The position numbers were made by a program, and so were the translations under genes. The notes under the pieces were generated by a model. That model did no database searches. It saw only the letters and a program-made list of their open reading frames with translations, and was not told the DNA's origin. A DNA stretch of 64,000 bases from the human T2T-CHM13v2.0 reference genome, Homo sapiens: NCBI RefSeq assembly GCF_009914755.1, contig NC_060925.1; one strand, 5' to 3'. Positions 1 to 15,150 of the stretch are shown here, piece by piece (position 1 is the stretch's first letter; each line of letters begins with the position of its first letter).

Positions 1-703
1 GAGAAGGGAAGGGGGCTAGGCCTGAGTGTCAATGAACTACAATATTAAATCATCATTTTGAGGAGGATGAGTATGAGAATGTAGACCAATTTACTGATAT
101 TGGAGTAGATACAGAAGTCAGATAGAAAGGGCTTAAAAGATGGATAATGGAGGAAGGGCTGAACTGGGGACCAGGAAATACAGATCATTATAGGGATAAT
201 GGTACATAAAAGATATAATGCTTACATTTAGGTAGGCTTACATTTTAGACGTTAACTAGTGAAAACAGGGTTCAGATTTAGTCTCAAGTCTTGTAGTGAT
301 TTAATTACTTATTCAATTATGTACTATTTAATTATTATAAATAAATTATTTATTATATATAATGCCTAATTTCCTCTCCAGATAGAGACTCTGTAAGGCT
401 GTCATTTTTTGTTCACTGCTAAATGCCCACGCATAGCAGCACAATTCCTTGAACAAAGTAAGGATCCGGGATCTTTTGACTTCTTAGCTCTATATTAACT
501 GATAAAAAAAAAAGACCTGAGAAAGAGAAGCCTGGGAGCATTTCTTAGGTGAAGCACTAGTTATGGACACAAAGGGAAGGGAGTAGTGGTGAAAAGAAAT
601 ATGTATTTGTTATTCACTGCATTTCATATGGAAGAAATGCATCCCTTTACTCATTATTATTAGCCAGAAGTCTTTTCCTTTCATGTTATAATTAAGCATT
701 TGA

Positions 704-991
<288 letters not shown>

Positions 992-1332
992 AAGCATTGG
1001 ATTTTATAAAGCCTTTCATCAAATAATTCAAAAAAATCTTCAGGCTCATAAAATTATTATTTCAACCATGTTAAAATATGTATTAAAACAAGACTAGAAG
1101 GGAGTGTGGTAATGTGCTCCTAGCAGCATGAGAGTGATTTTTCCCCTTTAGAAATTTATCTAGTTTCTAAATATTTCAGTTATTCTATTACTATTTTAAA
1201 TGCGTTTTTAAAAACACTGTGGATATTAATCTTTGTCATTGATTGGATGTTGTAAATATTTTCTCACAGTATGGTACTTTTTAAAACAGTGTTTGTAATT
1301 ACAATAGTAATGTGTTATTATTATTATTGTTT

Positions 1333-1473
1333 GTGCAAGAAGGCCCTCAACTGATGCTGATGCTTTACTCTTATACTTCCCAGCCTCCAGAAATGTGAGA
1401 AAACAAATTTCTCCTATTTATAAATTAACCCAGAATCGGGTATTCTGTTATAGCAGTACAAATGGACTAACAC
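1333..1473 (+). mobile_element. MaLR (MST/MLT1) LTR 3' fragment
   Basis: cttcccagcctccagaaatgtgaga...tattctgttatagcagtacaaatggactaacac, a typical MaLR LTR end. Confidence 0.75.
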
Positions 1474-1904
1474 GGTGTCCTTAGAACAAATACTTTAATT
1501 TTTTATGGAGTTAAATTTCTCAATTTTAAACTTCGTCTGTGCTTTTTAAAATCATATCTAAGGAATTGCCTAACTCAAGATCACAAAGATTTTTCCCATT
1601 TTCTTCTGAAAGTTCTTTCATTTTTAGTTTCTTACATTTGGGTCTATTGTATATTTTGAGTGAATTTTTGTGTATGGGTGAGATAAGAAACAACTTGTTG
1701 TTTTGTTTTGTTTGCATAAAGATGCCAATTATGCCAGCACTGCTTTCTGAAAAAAAAAAAAAAATCCTTTTCTACTGATTTAGCTCAGCAACTTTGTCAA
1801 AAACAATTAATTAGCCATATATTTATTTTTGGTCTCCCTATTCTGTTTCATTGATCTATATGTTTACCTTTGTGGCAAAATCATATTGTTTTGATTACAG
1901 TACC

Positions 1905-2194
1905 TTTTTTTTTTTTTTTTTGAGACTGAGTCTCACTCTGTCTGGAGGGCAGTCACACTATCTTGGATCACTACAACTTCCACCTCCTGGATTCAAGAGA
2001 TTCTCCTGCCTTAGCCTGCCGAGTAGCTGGGATTACAGGTGCTAGCCACCACACCCAGCCAATTTTTGTACTTTTAGTAGAGACAGAGTTTCACCATGTT
2101 GGCCAGGCTGGTCTTAAACTCCTGACCTCAAGCGATCTGCCCATCTCGGCCTCCCAAAATGCTGGGATTACAGGCGTGAGCCACCGTGCCCAGC
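1905..2194 (-). mobile_element. AluS
   Basis: Poly(T) plus reverse-complement Alu; degenerate TSD tgattacagtaccttt / tgatcactgtatcttt. Confidence 0.93.
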
Positions 2195-2250
2195 TGATCA
2201 CTGTATCTTTATAGCATGTTTTAAAATAACATATAAAAGTCCTCCAACAC

Positions 2251-2582
2251 AGTCGGCTTGACTACACTGTGTGGAACAAGTTTTAAAGAAGCAAAGGACT
2301 CAGAATTCATGCTTGAAGAAATGCAGGCAGACCTGTTATCCTAAACTAGGGTTTTTAATGACCACAGCAAGCAAGCATGCAGTTTACCACTTGAAAGGGT
2401 CTTGCCTCACCTAAGCTGGAGTGCAGTGGCCCTTTGAGGCTTACTGTAGCCTCGAACTCCTGGGCTCAAGTGATCCTTAGCCTCCCAATGGTCTTTGTAG
2501 ACAGCCTGATGGAGTCTCATGGCACAAGAAGATTAAAACAATGTCTCCAATTTTAATAAATTTGTGCAATCCAAAAAAAAAA
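2251..2582 (+). pseudogene. GAS5: Processed, 5'-truncated retrocopy of lncRNA GAS5 (3' exons)
   Basis: Matches the spliced GAS5 3' sequence as recalled (AGTCGGCTTGACTACACTGTGTGG...GCAGACCTGTTATCCTAAACTAGG...GGTCTTTGTAGAC...TCTCCAATTTTAATAAA); AATAAA 2555-2560; A tail 2573-2582; perfect 15-bp TSD aaaagtcctccaaca at 2235-2249 and 2579-2593. Confidence 0.9.
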
Positions 2583-3110
2583 GTCCTCCAACATTTTTCA
2601 TCTATTTCAAAATTGTTTTGTCTATTCTAGGTTTTTTGCATTTTTGTATAAAGTTTGGGGTCAGCTTCAATTTCTACCAAAAAAAAGAAAAAGCTGCTGA
2701 GATTTTGTTAAGGATTTCATTGAATCTGTTGATCAGTTTGGGGAGAATTGCCTCTTAACAATGTTTACTTTTCTAGTTCTTGAACATGATATTGCTCTCC
2801 ATTTATTTAAGTGTCTTATGTGCATTTTTATTATGAGGAAAAAAAATCAACAATATGTCTCCCCTTTCCTCCAATCATTTTCTGTTGGTACCATATACTC
2901 TTAAATGGGAATGGATTTCTCCTGTAGCTACTTGTTACAGCTGAATTTCAGTGTCCCAGAGGAGGTCTCAGGGAACTGCTCTGAACTATTCAGAACATCC
3001 CTGGCACTGGTAGTTTACTGTGGAAGAAAGAAAGTGAGGCATAAGACTTTCGGTTGCAGAGGTCAATAGGTCAAAATCATTCTGTGCTATGCTTCTTTTC
3101 TACTTGTTTA

Positions 3111-3471
<361 letters not shown>

Positions 3472-3991
3472 TTATTAGAAGATTATTTTAAAAATTCTGG
3501 AATAATTGTTTTCAACAGCACTTTCAACACATAAAGAATAACAGGTGAAAATATTGCTGTTTTTTAGAGGTTATTGTTTATCTTAAGACTTGCCGCATTT
3601 TACTGATAAAGTAAATTATCTTGAGATGGGTATTCTTACCCAAACCAGACAGTTTCTATGCATTAAAGAGTGTCACCCAAATATCAATCCCAGTATAAGT
3701 ACATTGTAACTATAATAAATCTACTGGAAGATACTTTAAAATACTGTTATCTGTTAATGTATTGTAAAATATTAGATGTATAAAGTAGCTTTAATAAGTG
3801 AAATAGCTACAACAATAAACCTTCCTTCACATGAAGTGAAAAAAATTTTTTTTAATTTTTCTATTTGAGGAAGTGAAATACATTTACACTAAGACAGAGT
3901 AAGCAAAAGAAAAAGTGCAAGCAATAGCCTGCAGAAAATAAAATGTAACATTCTGTAGCTCCAATTACAGAACTGCTAATACAAAAGAAAT

Positions 3992-4350
<359 letters not shown>

Positions 4351-4849
4351 TTATCAGCTTCTATTACAAAAAAGAACATAGTTTGTAGTAAAAAAGAAAA
4401 AATATAAAGCTAACACAATTGTATTTATGAATCTATAAAATTTCCTCAACTATAAAAGGATACCTTTCAAAAACATCAACAATGATAATGCCACCAATAA
4501 TAGGACATATTAGAATTCAAATATTCCCACATATTTAATAACCTGTCCAACATTAAAACATTAAAAGGCTTTATTAATAGCCCTATTATAACTACTAATT
4601 ATAGGTAGAAAATAAATTTTCTAGATAGAAGATAGATGGATAGATAGTTATAAATAGACAAATAGACATAGACATAAACATATGTAACACTTCTAGTATA
4701 GATTTTTTTTTACTGTATTTTTGTCTCTCTGAAGGGAACTACAGAACATTTAGTAGGAAAATAAAAATGTTTTGAATGAAGAAATAAATTAATCTGTCTT
4801 GATTACTTCATTTCAGAGATCACAGACTTGAGGTGCAAAGAAGTTAAAT

Positions 4850-5155
4850 GACATTCATTCACTGATTGATTCATGCATGCATATGTTTACTGAACAAATA
4901 ATTTTTGAATATTTACTATGTGCCAAACCCTATGCTAAGAACTGAGAATTCAAGGATAAACCAAAAGCCTTGCAGTACCTAGTCTATGATATTTTGAGCC
5001 TAGTGAGAAGAGACACACTTTACCTGCACAAGTAAATTACAACTGTGGGTAAGTACCCAAAAGGTGCTATATGGAGGTGTGCAGAAGAGAAGAAAATGAT
5101 GTAGTCAGAGAGATCAAGAAACAGTCTGCAAGGTAAAGGCATCTGAGTGGAAGTC
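4850..5155 (-). mobile_element. L2 3' fragment
   Basis: cattcattc...atttactatgtgccaaaccctatgctaag, antisense L2 terminus. Confidence 0.65.
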
Positions 5156-5204
5156 TGGAAGTTTCTCTCCTCCTCTGGTCTTCAAGAGTAAGGTGCCGTA
5201 GCCC

Positions 5205-5410
5205 CAGGTAAAGAGCATAGTGTTTGGAATCAGACAATCCTGGTTTGAATTCTACCTCTATTAGTTACTCGTTATGGGATTTAGGGCAAGTTACATAACC
5301 TCCTTTAGGCTTAGTTTCCTTTTCCGGAACATGAGAATAAAAATAATCTCCTTTTACTTGTTTTATTATAAGGATGAAGTTAGATGTTTAAAAGTAAATA
5401 CTCAATAAAA
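5205..5410 (+). mobile_element. MIR
   Basis: ggaatcagacaatcctggtttgaattctacctct...gggcaagttacataacc...ttagtttcct, MIR core. Confidence 0.75.
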
Positions 5411-6051
5411 GATTTTTCTTTTCTTAACAAAATTCTTAAGGACAAACAAACAAACCTGTGCCAGTACCTACATGTCTTAATTCGCTAGACAGGCATTACT
5501 TTCATATCAAATACAAGAAAGGATTTTACATATCTTATCCACACTTTATGCAAAGAAAGACTTAGGTCTGTTTGTTAGTCTGGAAAGGAGTCAGTACATA
5601 CAATTAATTTTGTTTTAAAATAATATCCTCTAAATATGTTAAGAACCCTTATAAATAATACTATGTTGAAAATGATCAACATAACCATTTGAGTAATTTT
5701 CTAATTATGAATAACTCTTCAACAAAATGTGGAGTTATCTTCAGTGCCTCAGGAAATGTATCATTTTTCCTTCAAACCTGCTCCTTCTTACCCTATCTCA
5801 CCAAATGACACTACTTGGGAGTCATCCCTGAGTCTTCCTGGCCACAATCCCCACATCTAATCAGTTACCAAATCTGAAAATAAAAATCTATTAAATATTT
5901 CTTAGTTCAGCCCTTCCTGATTTGATTTCAGTCCTTCATTGTTATTGACCTAGAGTAGTCACCATATTACTAGTCTTGTCCCCCTTCAATTCTGGTTCAA
6001 TGACCTCACACAGCCTGCTGAGTAATCCAATAAGAAAATGTGATCACAGAA

Positions 6052-6628
6052 TGTGAAGGTAGAGTACTCCCGCACACACCCCAAAAGGCACCCTAATCTC
6101 TGGAGCCTTTGAATATGTTACATTGCATGCCAAAGTAATTACGGTGTTTAATTTTAAGATACAGAAATTATTCTGGGATATCGAAATGGGCCCAGTGTAA
6201 TCACATGAGTCCTTAAAAACAGAGGACTATCTCTAGCTGAAGTTGGACAGAGATGAAGAGGAAGAAGAGGGATGCAGCAGAAGGAGAAGTCAGAGAGATA
6301 TCAAGTGAGAGAAGGGCAATATGCTGTTCCTGGCTCTGAGATGGAGGAGTTGGAGTGCAAGTACCAAAAGAGGCTCTAGGAGCTAAGAGCAGCACGCTGT
6401 TGGCAGTCAGGGAGAAAACAAGGCCCCAGTCCTATCACCACAGGGAACTGGATTCTGCCCACAACCTGAATAGGCTTGGGAGCAAGTTCTCCCCTAGAGC
6501 TCCAGTGAGAAACACAGCCCTGCTGACACGTTTATTTTAGCCCACTGAGACCCACATCAGGCTTCTAACCTGCAGGTGTTGCTTTAAGTGGTGGTAATTT
6601 GTTATGGCAACAATAGAAAACTAACACA
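6052..6628 (+). mobile_element. MLT1 (D/E-like) MaLR solo LTR inside an L2
   Basis: TG start; gaatatgttacattgcatg, gggcccagtgtaatcaca; ends gttatggcaacaatagaaaactaacaca; L2-like sequence on both sides. Confidence 0.8.
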
Positions 6629-6929
6629 GAAGGCCTCACAGCTCAAAATTAACCACTGGCTTCAGTCACTCCAGGATAAAATCTGAACTCCTTAGCACAG
6701 TATAAAACTCTTATCATTCTCCGTTCCCAACTTACTTATCTATCTTACTTTCTGACATCACCTCCCTCCCACCCCTCTCCACTCGTGTTCTCTTTATATC
6801 CCAATTCTCAGAATATGTAGTATTCTCTCACCTGAATGTCAACCTGGCCAATTTGAGTTCATTATTCATGCCCTCACCCAAAAGATACCTTCCCTGTGAA
6901 GACTTCATTAACTCTCCTGGACAGTTTTT

Positions 6930-7978
6930 CTTTCATTTACTCCATAAATATTTATTGAGCACCTACTAGGTGCCAGGTTCTCTTCTAGGTGCTGTGAACA
7001 AGATAGTAAAAGTCCAACCTCTCAGGGAGCTTCCATTCCAGTCTGGGGGTTGGAAGGTAAGGGGAGAATAGTGACATTAAACAAATAAGCATTTAATATA
7101 CATAATTAGGATCATTTCGCATTGTGTTAAGTGCTGTGAAGGAAATGAACAGGGTGACACGATAGAGAGAGTTTTGATGCAGGAGAAGCTACTTTAGGTA
7201 GGGTGAAAAAGCTTTGAAGGCAGATCTGTAGGATGGGAATGAGCTGGCCACATAGAAGAGCTGTGGAAAGGGACTTCAGATGGAGGAATCTCCATAAAGG
7301 GGTCCTGGAGCTTAGAATGCTCCAAGTCAAGAAAAGATGTTGGAATAGCAGGACAGCAGTGCAGAGGGGACTTGTAGACCAAGCTGAGCCTTACAGGCAG
7401 CAGCCAGATGGTGCAGGGCCTTGCAGGCTGTGGGAAAAAGTTAGGATTTTATGCTAAGTGCAAAAATAAGGTTGTGAGCAAGATAGGAAGATGACTTGAT
7501 TGGCATGGAAGGGTCTCACTCTAGCTGCTCTGTGGAAAGTGGGCTATAGAAGAGTTAGCACAGGAGCAGGAAGGATTGCGACAAGGCTACTCCAGCAGTT
7601 CAGAGTGAGAAGGCAGAGGTGGGCTGAGAGTGGTAGCAGCCAAGATGAAGCCAAGCAGACAAACTGGAAGTGAAACCAAGAGCATTTCCTGCTAAATAAA
7701 AGATTAGCCAGGAGATAAAACCCATTAGATATTCCTTAGTTTCAGCTTTTTTTCTTGATTTCTTGATTCCTTCCTTTCCTTGGGCTGACTGCAAGGTTTT
7801 AGCTCAAGCTACTGGGTGGATGGTGCCATTTATCAAGTGAGGGAAGTCAGAGGGAGGAGCAGGTTTAGGGTGAAAAAATCAAGAGCTCTGTTTATATTGT
7901 GTTAAGTTTATGCCTGTTAGACATCAATGAGAAAGTGTCAAGACAGTTTTCTGTATGTGTCTGGAGTAGGAGAGGGGT
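6930..7978 (-). mobile_element. L2 (L2a-like) 3' portion; resumes at 9613
   Basis: aatatttattgagcacctactaggtgccagg...; L2 homology continues after the HERV-L insertion (catcagcacataagtggt). Confidence 0.8.
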
Positions 7979-8424
7979 TGTGCTAGTCAGGGTTCTCTAG
8001 AGGGACAGAACTAATAGGATAGATGTATATATAAAGGGGAGTTTATTAAGGAGTATTGATAAACATGATCACAAGGTGAGGTCCCACAATAGACCATCTG
8101 CAAGCTGAGGAGCCAGGAAGCGAGTCTGAGTCCCAAAGCTGGAGAACTTGGGAGTCTGATGTTTGAGGGCAGGAAGCATCCAGCCTGGGAGAAAGATGTA
8201 GGCTCAGAGGCTAAGCCAGTCTAATCTTTCCACGTTCTTCTGCCTGCTTTTATTTTGGCTGTGCTGGCAACTGATTAGATTGTGCCCACCCAGATTGAGG
8301 GTGGATCTGCCTTCCCCAGTCCACTGACTCAGTTAATCTTTGGCAACACTCTCACAGACACACCCAGGATCAATACTTTGCATCGTTCAATCCAATCAAA
8401 TTGACACCAGTATTAACCATCACA
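7979..8424 (-). mobile_element. MLT2A 3' LTR of HERV-L
   Basis: Reverse complement of MLT2A (tagtcagggttctctagagggacagaactaatagga ... tattaaccatcaca); polypurine tract (agtccacccctt on +) adjoins it. Confidence 0.93.
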
Positions 8425-10011
<1,587 letters not shown>

Positions 10012-10064
10012 TAGAGACCTTCAATTCAGTATTATCATACTGTCTCGTAATTGAACCTTGCATG

Positions 10065-10182
10065 ACTAACTTCCCACTAGATTTGTAAGCCTTTGAGGCA
10101 AGAATTGTGTTGTGTATTTATCCTCCCTGATTTATACCCAGTGCCTGTTATATGGTAATGCTCAGTAAATAATTGTTGAAAA
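10065..10182 (+). mobile_element. L2 3' end
   Basis: cccactagatttgtaagcctttgaggcaag...cccagtgcctg...gctcagtaaataattgttgaa. Confidence 0.7.
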
Positions 10183-10909
10183 ATAACAATAGCAACCAGC
10201 ATATGTTCAGAAGTTCCAATGCATTAAATTGTGAAGTATGATCCTATTTCTAACTATATATATATGTGCGTGTGTGTATATGTACATACACACACGCACA
10301 TATATACTTACATATATGCATATAAAAAGGTCTAGAAGGCATACACCAACTCTCATCAATGGTTGCCCCTGGGGAGTAGGACCAGTTGGATGAGAGAGGT
10401 TCACTTTGTACTTTCTATTGTTTAAATTTTTTCAGAGAGCAGTTCATCTTTTTTTGTACAACATTTATAATTTTTTAAACCAATGAAAATAAATAAAAGG
10501 AAATAAAAAATAAAACCAAAGCATTCTTTCCTTGTCAAAGGAGGAAAACTTTGATATTCCACTTCGTGTAACAAAGGAACACGGAAAGCAGAAACAGATG
10601 TCCCTCATTCAAGCATAGAGAAGGAAGTGAAAATAGGAGAACTGTTTAAGAAGGTTAAAAACAAGTCATCTCTCAGAATCTAATCTGCACAAGCACATAT
10701 GGCTGCCACTGGTTTTTTGAAAAATAATTTTATAAATGTAAAGAAACAGAAATAACTTGTTCATTTAACCACTATGAACAAAAAATACATTTGATAGCTA
10801 TGAATATTTTGCCAAATAGAAAGTGTCCAAGAAAAGACAAAGGAAGCAAAATAATGCACAACATTTCTCAGCTAGATCAATATTATATGTGATTAAGATG
10901 AGAAACCTT

Positions 10910-10988
10910 TTAGAGTGAACACATGAAATTGCCAATTTTCTAAGTCAAAAATACGGGAAAGTCAGTAGTTTTATATGGTTCAACCAAA
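10910..10988. mobile_element. MADE2-like mariner MITE
   Basis: ~80-bp imperfect palindrome gtgaacacatgaaattgcc...gtcaaaaat...tttatatggttcaacc. Confidence 0.65.
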
Positions 10989-11600
10989 CACATAGAAGAG
11001 TTTCTACATTGTATAAGCTTTTTTGAGAAAATAGCAAAAGTAAAAAAATAAATAAAGCTCAAGTTTTGTTTGTTATTACTGTTTTACATCCCACAAAGCT
11101 TTATGAGATAAATCTGAGACCCCCACTTTATTTTTCAGACAGGAAAACTCATTTTTTTCTTAATAAATTACAAGTATAAAGGTTAATATTTCATAGGGTC
11201 ATTTAGATATTCTTTGTGCCTAATTAGTGTTCAAAGCAGAAAAGAAGAAAACAACTCAAAAATTTATCTTTCATGAAATATTGGTGTTCAAACAATGAGG
11301 AGATAAAATTTAGAGAAAGTTTTTCCACTGACAGCTAAATTTGAAACAATCTCTAGACAAAGGGAAATCATCGCAGCACAGATTGTTCCAAATCTAAATC
11401 CATTTTTTAAAAGCAAAGGAAAACAAAGACTTACTTAGCTGTGCACAAATGGATTAAGTCTCAACAGCATAACCTATAGATAGCCGGTTCAGAGTGAAAA
11501 ATATGAAACAATAATGAAATAAAATAAAAGTAGAGAAAAGAATTTTTCTATAAATTGGGATCCTTAATTTATTCATCAAAATATGCAATTCCACCTAGAA

Positions 11601-11640
11601 ACTCATTGTTAAATAGTAAAACTCATTGTTAAATAGTAAA
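11601..11640. repeat. Perfect 20-bp tandem duplication (actcattgttaaatagtaaa x2)
   Basis: Read directly from the sequence. Confidence 0.95.
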
Positions 11641-12605
11641 ACCCTCAAAAAAGAGAAAAACTTCAAAAACAGATTAGTTTGTTTAATCAAAGCTAAGACT
11701 CCATGTACAAGAAATTTCTATATTTCAAAGCACAAATCCACAACTGTTGTCCCTGTCATAATATCAGAATAATGTCATCACCAAAGACTCTATCCTAATA
11801 GAATATACTTTTAATTGCAAATAATAGATACATACTCAAAATAGCTAAAACAATAGGAAAAGAAAAAGAGAAAGAATGAAAGGGAGAAGGAATGAAGAAA
11901 GGAGGGAGGAAGGAGGAGAAAAGGTAGACGGAGGTTTTCTAACACTGTAGGGCTATCTCAGGAAGCTGGTGAGTCAAATGTATCCTTGAACTTCATGATG
12001 AACGGGGAACCTAGAAAGAACTCAAAGCCATGTGCTCTACCCACTTCTTTCTCTTCAGGAGAACATGCTCTCTCATCTCTTTCTTTGCACATTCATTCTT
12101 TTCTTTCTGCAGACCACTTTTCTCTGTTTTTTCATAAGTATGGCAAGAGATTATTACCTGACTTTAGGTGCTAAGTAAGACTGATTAGCATTCACATCTC
12201 TGAATGTAAAATTCCAAATTCCTAGCAAGAACTAATCCAATTAGTGTAGCTTGGTGTATTTATTCCTCATTCAGTCAATGTGGATGAAATCTCATAGACT
12301 AAAATATGTCTGCTCCCGTGAGTGGGAGGGTAAGATATAGATGTGTGTGGGTGAAGGAGGGAGTTGTGGACTGGTGAAACACTCCCTAAACTCCCTAATA
12401 CATACCCTGATCCTAAAATTCTGTCTGCACTTCCAGGCTGACAATAGTCACATCTACAAAATATTCTGAAATAAGTGTATGTGCCCTTAATCCAGTCCAT
12501 ATTTGTAATATTTGTATTACTCGTCCATATTACAAATATATTCACCAAAAAAAAGTTAGTATTGAAAACTAGGAATGCTGTAAATTTTATAACAAATTAA
12601 TCTGA

Positions 12606-12830
12606 TTTTTTTTTCTTTCAGACAGGGTCTCACTCTGTCACACCTCAGCCTCCCAAGTAGCTGGGACTACAATCACATGCCCCCACACTCAGCTAATTTT
12701 TGTGTATTTTGTAGAGAGAGGGTTATGCCATGTTTGCCCATGTTGGTCTTGAACTACTGGGCTCAAGTGATCCTCCCGCCTCAGCCTCCCAAAGTGCTGG
12801 GGCTACAGGTGTGAGCCACCACACCCAGCC
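12606..12830 (-). mobile_element. AluJ with internal deletion
   Basis: gacagggtctcactctgtcac joins directly to acctcagcctcccaagtag; AluJ-type ctgggctcaagtgatcctccc. Confidence 0.88.
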
Positions 12831-12858
12831 TGAATTTTTTGTTTTTCCAACAAATCAA

Positions 12859-13275
12859 TGTGGTAGGCTAAACAATGGCTCCCAAAGATATCCACACCTT
12901 AATCCCCCAAACCTGTGAATGCTACCTTATATGGAACTTTGCAGGTGTGACGAAATTAAGGACCTGGGGATGGGACAATTATCCATGTAGCACCTAAATG
13001 TCATAATCATAAGTGTTCTTACAAGAAGGAGAGAGCAAGAGATTATACTACACAGAGGAGCAGGCCATGTGATGCTGGCAGCAGCAATTGGAGTGATGCA
13101 CCTGGGAGAGGAGGAAGGGGTCACAAGCCAAGGAACATGGGAGCCATTAGAAGCTAAAAACATCAAGGAAACGGATTTTCTGTTGGAGGCTCCAGAAGGA
13201 ATCGGCACTGCCAATACCTTGATTTAGGTCCAGTGAAACTGATTTTGGACTTCTGACCTCAAGAATTATAAAAGA
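12859..13275 (+). mobile_element. MLT1C/D MaLR LTR, 3' end missing
   Basis: tgtggtaggctaaacaatggctcccaaagatatccac...gaaactgattttggacttctgacctc. Confidence 0.85.
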
Positions 13276-13510
13276 GGCCCAGGCGGGTAGATCACTTGAG
13301 GTCAGGAGTTCGAGACCAGCCTGGCCAATATGGTGAAACCCCGTCTCTACTAAAAATACAAAAATTAACCAGGCATGGTGGCAAGCACCTGTTAATCCTT
13401 GCTACTCAGGAGGCTGAGGCAAGAGAATCACTTGAACCCAGGAGGCAGAAGTTGCAGTGAGCCAAGATTGCGCCACTGCACTCCAGCCTGGGTGACAGAG
13501 CAAGATTCCA
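13276..13510 (+). mobile_element. AluS, 5'-truncated, ending in a T run
   Basis: ggcccaggcgggtagatcac...gagcaagattcca followed by T11. Confidence 0.9.
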
Positions 13511-13709
13511 TTTTTTTTTTTAAATAAAGATGAAAACAGATACTGATACACAGTTTCCTTTCCTTTAATACAGGATAGCTTTTCTTTTGATAAAATTTAA
13601 TATTATGTCCTTTATGTTATAAAGCTCTTTGTTTGTTTGTATCTGAAGCATTAGTTGTGTGCAGACTTTACCATACATTTTCTTGTCTAATCTCCTTTTG
13701 ATGACAACA

Positions 13710-14330
13710 CTCATTCATTGATGTATTCAAAAAATGCATACTAAACACTTATTCTGTGCTAAGCATTCAATTAACAAATATTTATGGAATATCACGTATG
13801 TGGTGTGCTTCATGTTGGGACACTATGGATGAATGGCAGGAATGGTCCATGCCCTCATGGAGCTTATAGTCTAGCAGGGAAGAAAGAGAGTTAAACCAAT
13901 GATTATCATAAAGTATAAGGCATGTTATGATTTGGAGAAGTACAGGATATTATGAACATGTATAATGGGCAACTCACTTAGCTTGGGACAGGAAGGGAAG
14001 GCCTCTCAATGGAGATTATAATTGAGTTGAGATCTGATTTGAGACCTAAGAATGCAGGGATGAAATCACAGCCCCTGTCCTCAGGAAGCTTACAGTTTAG
14101 TAGGAATCTAAGCTGTATAAACTAACACCCTCAACACGACATGATAAAAACTACAAAGGTGGAGTATACAAGGCACAGCACAGAAGAAAAAGGCCCTGAT
14201 CATATCTGTGTTGGGGTGGGGCATCAGAAAAGATCTGGTTTTCGAATGGTGTCTCAAAGGAAGTGCAAACCTTAGGTGGTCAAGTGCATGAAGGCCTGTC
14301 TGAGGCTGAGGGTGCACTGTGGCACTGCAG
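13710..14330 (-). mobile_element. L2 fragments
   Basis: tcattcattg..., aacaaatatttatggaatat..., gccctcatggagcttatagtctag. Confidence 0.65.
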
Positions 14331-15150
14331 AGCATGTTGTTGAGCTGTGCTGTCTAATATGCAGGGATTCACCATATGTAGCTATTGATCCATGAAAATG
14401 TTCACACATACACAAAGTTGAAAGAATATTTTGGTGAATACCCATACACTGCTTCCCAGATCTTACCATCAATATTTCTATGCTATTTTATTACATATCT
14501 ATCCAAATTTTCAAATATTAAAAAGAAAGAAAAAAATTATGTGCTATTAAGGATACTTTTAGGCTATCATAAATTATCACGTTTTTGTGGCTATTTTCAA
14601 AGTTGGACTTCCACTAGAATTAGAGGTCATAGGAATATAAAATTTTTATAAAACCTCAAATAAAGAAGTTAAGGGTTTTAAATAAATAAAAGAAAATACT
14701 ATTATGGAAAAATATAATCCATAGACTACAAAATGCCTTAATCTATCAAGAAGGTATTTTTGTTTGCTTTATTTTTATTTTGGCAACTGTAAAAGGGTTT
14801 ATGCTGATTAGGAATACAGTACTAGGTTTGTGATTCAAATTACAGTCAGCAGTCTAAATTCCTCCATTCAACTGACAACTGGATTTCCAGTTTCTAGATT
14901 TTTATGAAGACTATGCCATCAAGCATTCTTGGGATTTTTAAAGTTTTATACACTCTTTATGGTAATTTAAGTATGCTAGTAAGAATCTGCTATGAATACT
15001 TATTATAAATACGAAAATGAAAAGATGTGCTGAGCAATAATCTCACTCATAAATGAGTGCTTTGCTAATGCATATTCCAGGTGAGAAGGATTTAGAAAAA
15101 GTGGCATTTCTGGGAATGTATGAGATCTAATTTGAAACCATGTCTTAGTT

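Larger units (their letters stand above)
1500..2820 (-). mobile_element. Old L1M ORF2 fragment, interrupted by an Alu and the GAS5 retrocopy
   Basis: Antisense L1 ORF2 motifs (tcacaaagatttttcccattttcttct; ttgaatctgttgatcagtttggggagaattg); minus-strand ORF NGKNLCDLELG resembles decayed ORF2. Confidence 0.75.
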
